Source: Takakia lepidozioides
Taxonomy: Eukaryota; Plantae; Bryophyta
Direction: 5' to 3'
Assembly: GCA_030704615.1 (NCBI GenBank)
Contig: CM060731.1
Location: 63,488,001 to 63,552,000, forward strand
DNA length: 64,000 nucleotides
The notes under the pieces were generated by a model that did not search any database, had not been told where the DNA came from, and saw only the letters and a program-made list of their open reading frames with translations. Made by a program: the position numbers and the translations under genes. Shown here in pieces: positions 61,336-64,000 of the stretch. Position 1 is the stretch's first letter. Every line of letters starts with the position of its first letter.

Positions 61336-64000
61336 TAGTCTCTTACTGAGACTTTTATGGAATATATAATCCATTCCCACCTGCCCATCTTTTTGAAAAC
61401 AAAACCAAAAAACAGTTAATTAATCTACAAACCACTTTCCAATGAGTCAAGGTCAACTTTGACTACATGCGTACATCCTAATTTTTGAACAACAAAAAAG
61501 TAGGTCAATAGGCATGGAACATGAGTGAAGTATGAGTGAGTGATGATGGCGGCAATCTACTGTTTATCTCGTTCAGATTTCGGTTGCATAAAATTCCCAC
61601 ATTGGATGTGTAGCTCTAAGTTGCCCATTGATCACTCCATTATAAATGAGTTGGACTTGGCATCCATGACTTTCAACGAGAACCTTCACCTTATAATCTT
61701 TCAACCACCCACACCAACTACCTAGACTAATGGATATGGTCTTCTAAGGCCACGGCCGCACTAGCCGGGGCTAAATAGCCAAATTGTGGTTAGTTAACCA
61801 TGTCTACAGGGCGGCCGCACTAGTGTTTGAAGAGAGGGTTCTTGATCCCTCTGTAGACTTGTATTTCTCTTGTCAACTAGTACAATCAATCCACTTAGGT
61901 CTGGATTTTTGTAATTTTAGCCCCAATGAATCATGAGGGCCTATGAGGCAGAGCCATGAGGTGGGGCCATGAACGGGGTTATTACTACTCTCCTCTACAA
62001 TGTGCTAAAAACGAACTTGGTACGTCCATAAACCCACCACCCACCCGGTTTCCACATGAGAATGTTCTTAGAGTAAGGGTAGAGCCACATGACGCACGGT
62101 TTAAAGCCTATGCAAACCATTTGAAAAGATCTGAAAAAAAAAACATTTTGAAATTTGAAGGGTACATATGAATAATGATCTTGCTTGATGCACTAAGGAC
62201 TAGATAGATTTTGTTTTGTGGAATTTTGTATGCATCGTAACTGACTCCAGTAAATGATTGGCTGTCAAAGAGACCATTTTTTTAAGGTTCTGAAAGATCA
62301 AGAATGACTGTATCTTTATCTTGAGAGTATTGCCATTGTCACTAATTGGTGTTGATATTGTATGGTGTTTTCCAAGGCAAACTCACCTCTAAGCATCCTA
62401 AGCTGTTGGCCTAGAAATTTGGTGATGGCTTAGCAAGGCTGTATTGTCCAATTTTTGTCGTGACAAGACCCCCCTACATCTCTCTTTGATTTCCAGCATA
62501 CTTAGTGGTTCTCGTATACATCATCACCTAGTTTCTTTGCTTCTAGCTTTGAGATAACTAGATGATTTACAAGAGTACTATCATGTCATTGTGAATCACA
62601 GGGCTCATTGACAAGAAAGAACCTGCATGGATTTGTGAGCTATAGGAAAATGATCATATGATCTACCCTTGCGTCCAATTCCCGCTGTCCAAGCTGCCTT
62701 TGGCTTACATCAAGTTCACTAAGGAGTTTCATAACCTTGTCTAGACCTTGGACAATATGGCCATACTGGAGAACTCAGAAACGGTGAGAATGTTGTCTTA
62801 CGACTGGATGAATAATGAAACTGGCTCTGATTACAAACAGAATAGGAAAGTACTCTGACAGACTACATGAGTATTACAAAAATATGAATGAGATACTTGA
62901 GCAAGATGCATAAGACCTAGCACAATGGGATAAAGCCACAGTTGGGCGGGTACACGGGTTAGAGCCGGTTCTCAACCTGGGACCCATGAACCTACCTCTC
63001 CGATTATGTAAAATGGAGAAAACCCTCATTGGACCCTATTTGGCCCAATCGCTTGGGTGGTGGGACCTATTTAATACCTTGAACCACATGTAATAAGTGT
63101 GACCCCTACCTGCTTTGCACCCGGCCCATGCCCTTTCAAGTATGGTGAAACCCCATTATACACTAACACATTAATATTTAACTCTAAAAATAGCGTTAAA
63201 TCGTTTTTGAAAATAGAGATGAAATCATAGTTAGTATGTAATGGTCAATAGTATGTTAGGGTATTATCATTCTAGAAGTTTGTGTTGACGGCATGATTCA
63301 GCTTTATCCTTACTACCATCAAAGAGCCGTCATGCGTAGATTGTGTTGCCGCCAAATGGTGAAATACGAGGAAGCAATGTAAAGACTATTGACATGCAGG
63401 TAAGCTCTTCGATTTCACTGTCAATTTTTGGCATGCGACTCCACGGTCTATGTATTTGTAGATCAGTTGGTATAGACATCAAAATGAGGATTCAAAGCTC
63501 ATGTGTTACTGAGTACATTACAAGTGATGCAACTTATAATTTGCTTGAATACATAGGATGAGAGACCATTCCAACTCTTGATGGCAAGGAGGGAACAAAT
63601 GGAGTTGATGAAGGACAAAACGCAACCTTGTGACAGCCATTCTTTTAGTGGCGAATAATCGCCAGATTTCGACCTCGCGTGGGACTTGGCGACAGGGGTA
63701 AAGGGAAATCAGGCTGAAAAATCATCACTTTTCGCCAAAACCTGATCTGATGGGCCCACCATTCGCTAGAGGGGCAGCCACAGGGAGGCACATGGCGCCA
63801 TATTGAGTGAAGACAGTTCACAGCAGAGGAGCCAGATCCCAAGTGCATGACATCGCCGCATTCCGAGTGCGCGGGAGGACGTGGAGCCAGCTATGTTGCC
63901 CATTTTTGTACATATATATATATGGGTAAGTATAGTATAATCTGGATAGATAGATTTTGTAGTGGTATCACTATAACATGTGTATGGGTAGCTTAGTAGT

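Noticed and set aside
62300-63640. Degenerate coding or exon-like fragments
   Set aside because: Frames are interrupted by stops and I could not recognise any protein family.

Overview
Eukaryotic land-plant nuclear DNA, probably a non-seed plant (an inference from gene style, not provable here), and dominated by transposons. From left to right: (1) The 3' half of a Ty3/Gypsy LTR retrotransposon (1-~6358). After integrase it carries two extra sense ORFs joined by a TAATG stop/start overlap, with CACAG arrays both upstream of those ORFs and inside the LTR. (2) An intronless, frameshifted prolyl 4-hydroxylase pseudogene. (3) Two near-full-length decayed L1-type LINEs on the minus strand (~8.9-17.6 kb and ~19.2-26.5 kb). 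Their ORF1s share an unrecognised ~200 aa domain and their 3' ends share a hairpin. (4) An intact GH13 alpha-amylase gene (minus strand, 9 identified exons) whose open frame begins only ~200 bp downstream of a decayed TGD1 copy on the same strand, so the two may form a chimeric transcription unit. (5) An intronless gene of the plant 'YLLEASDDELG' family behind a ~6 kb CpG-rich upstream region. (6) A repeat-rich right end with two hAT MITEs (8-bp TSDs), a Tourist-like MITE, tRNA-derived SINE-like heads, a local direct duplication and a 5'-truncated LINE. All calls were made by eye from the sequence and ORF track; no searches were run.
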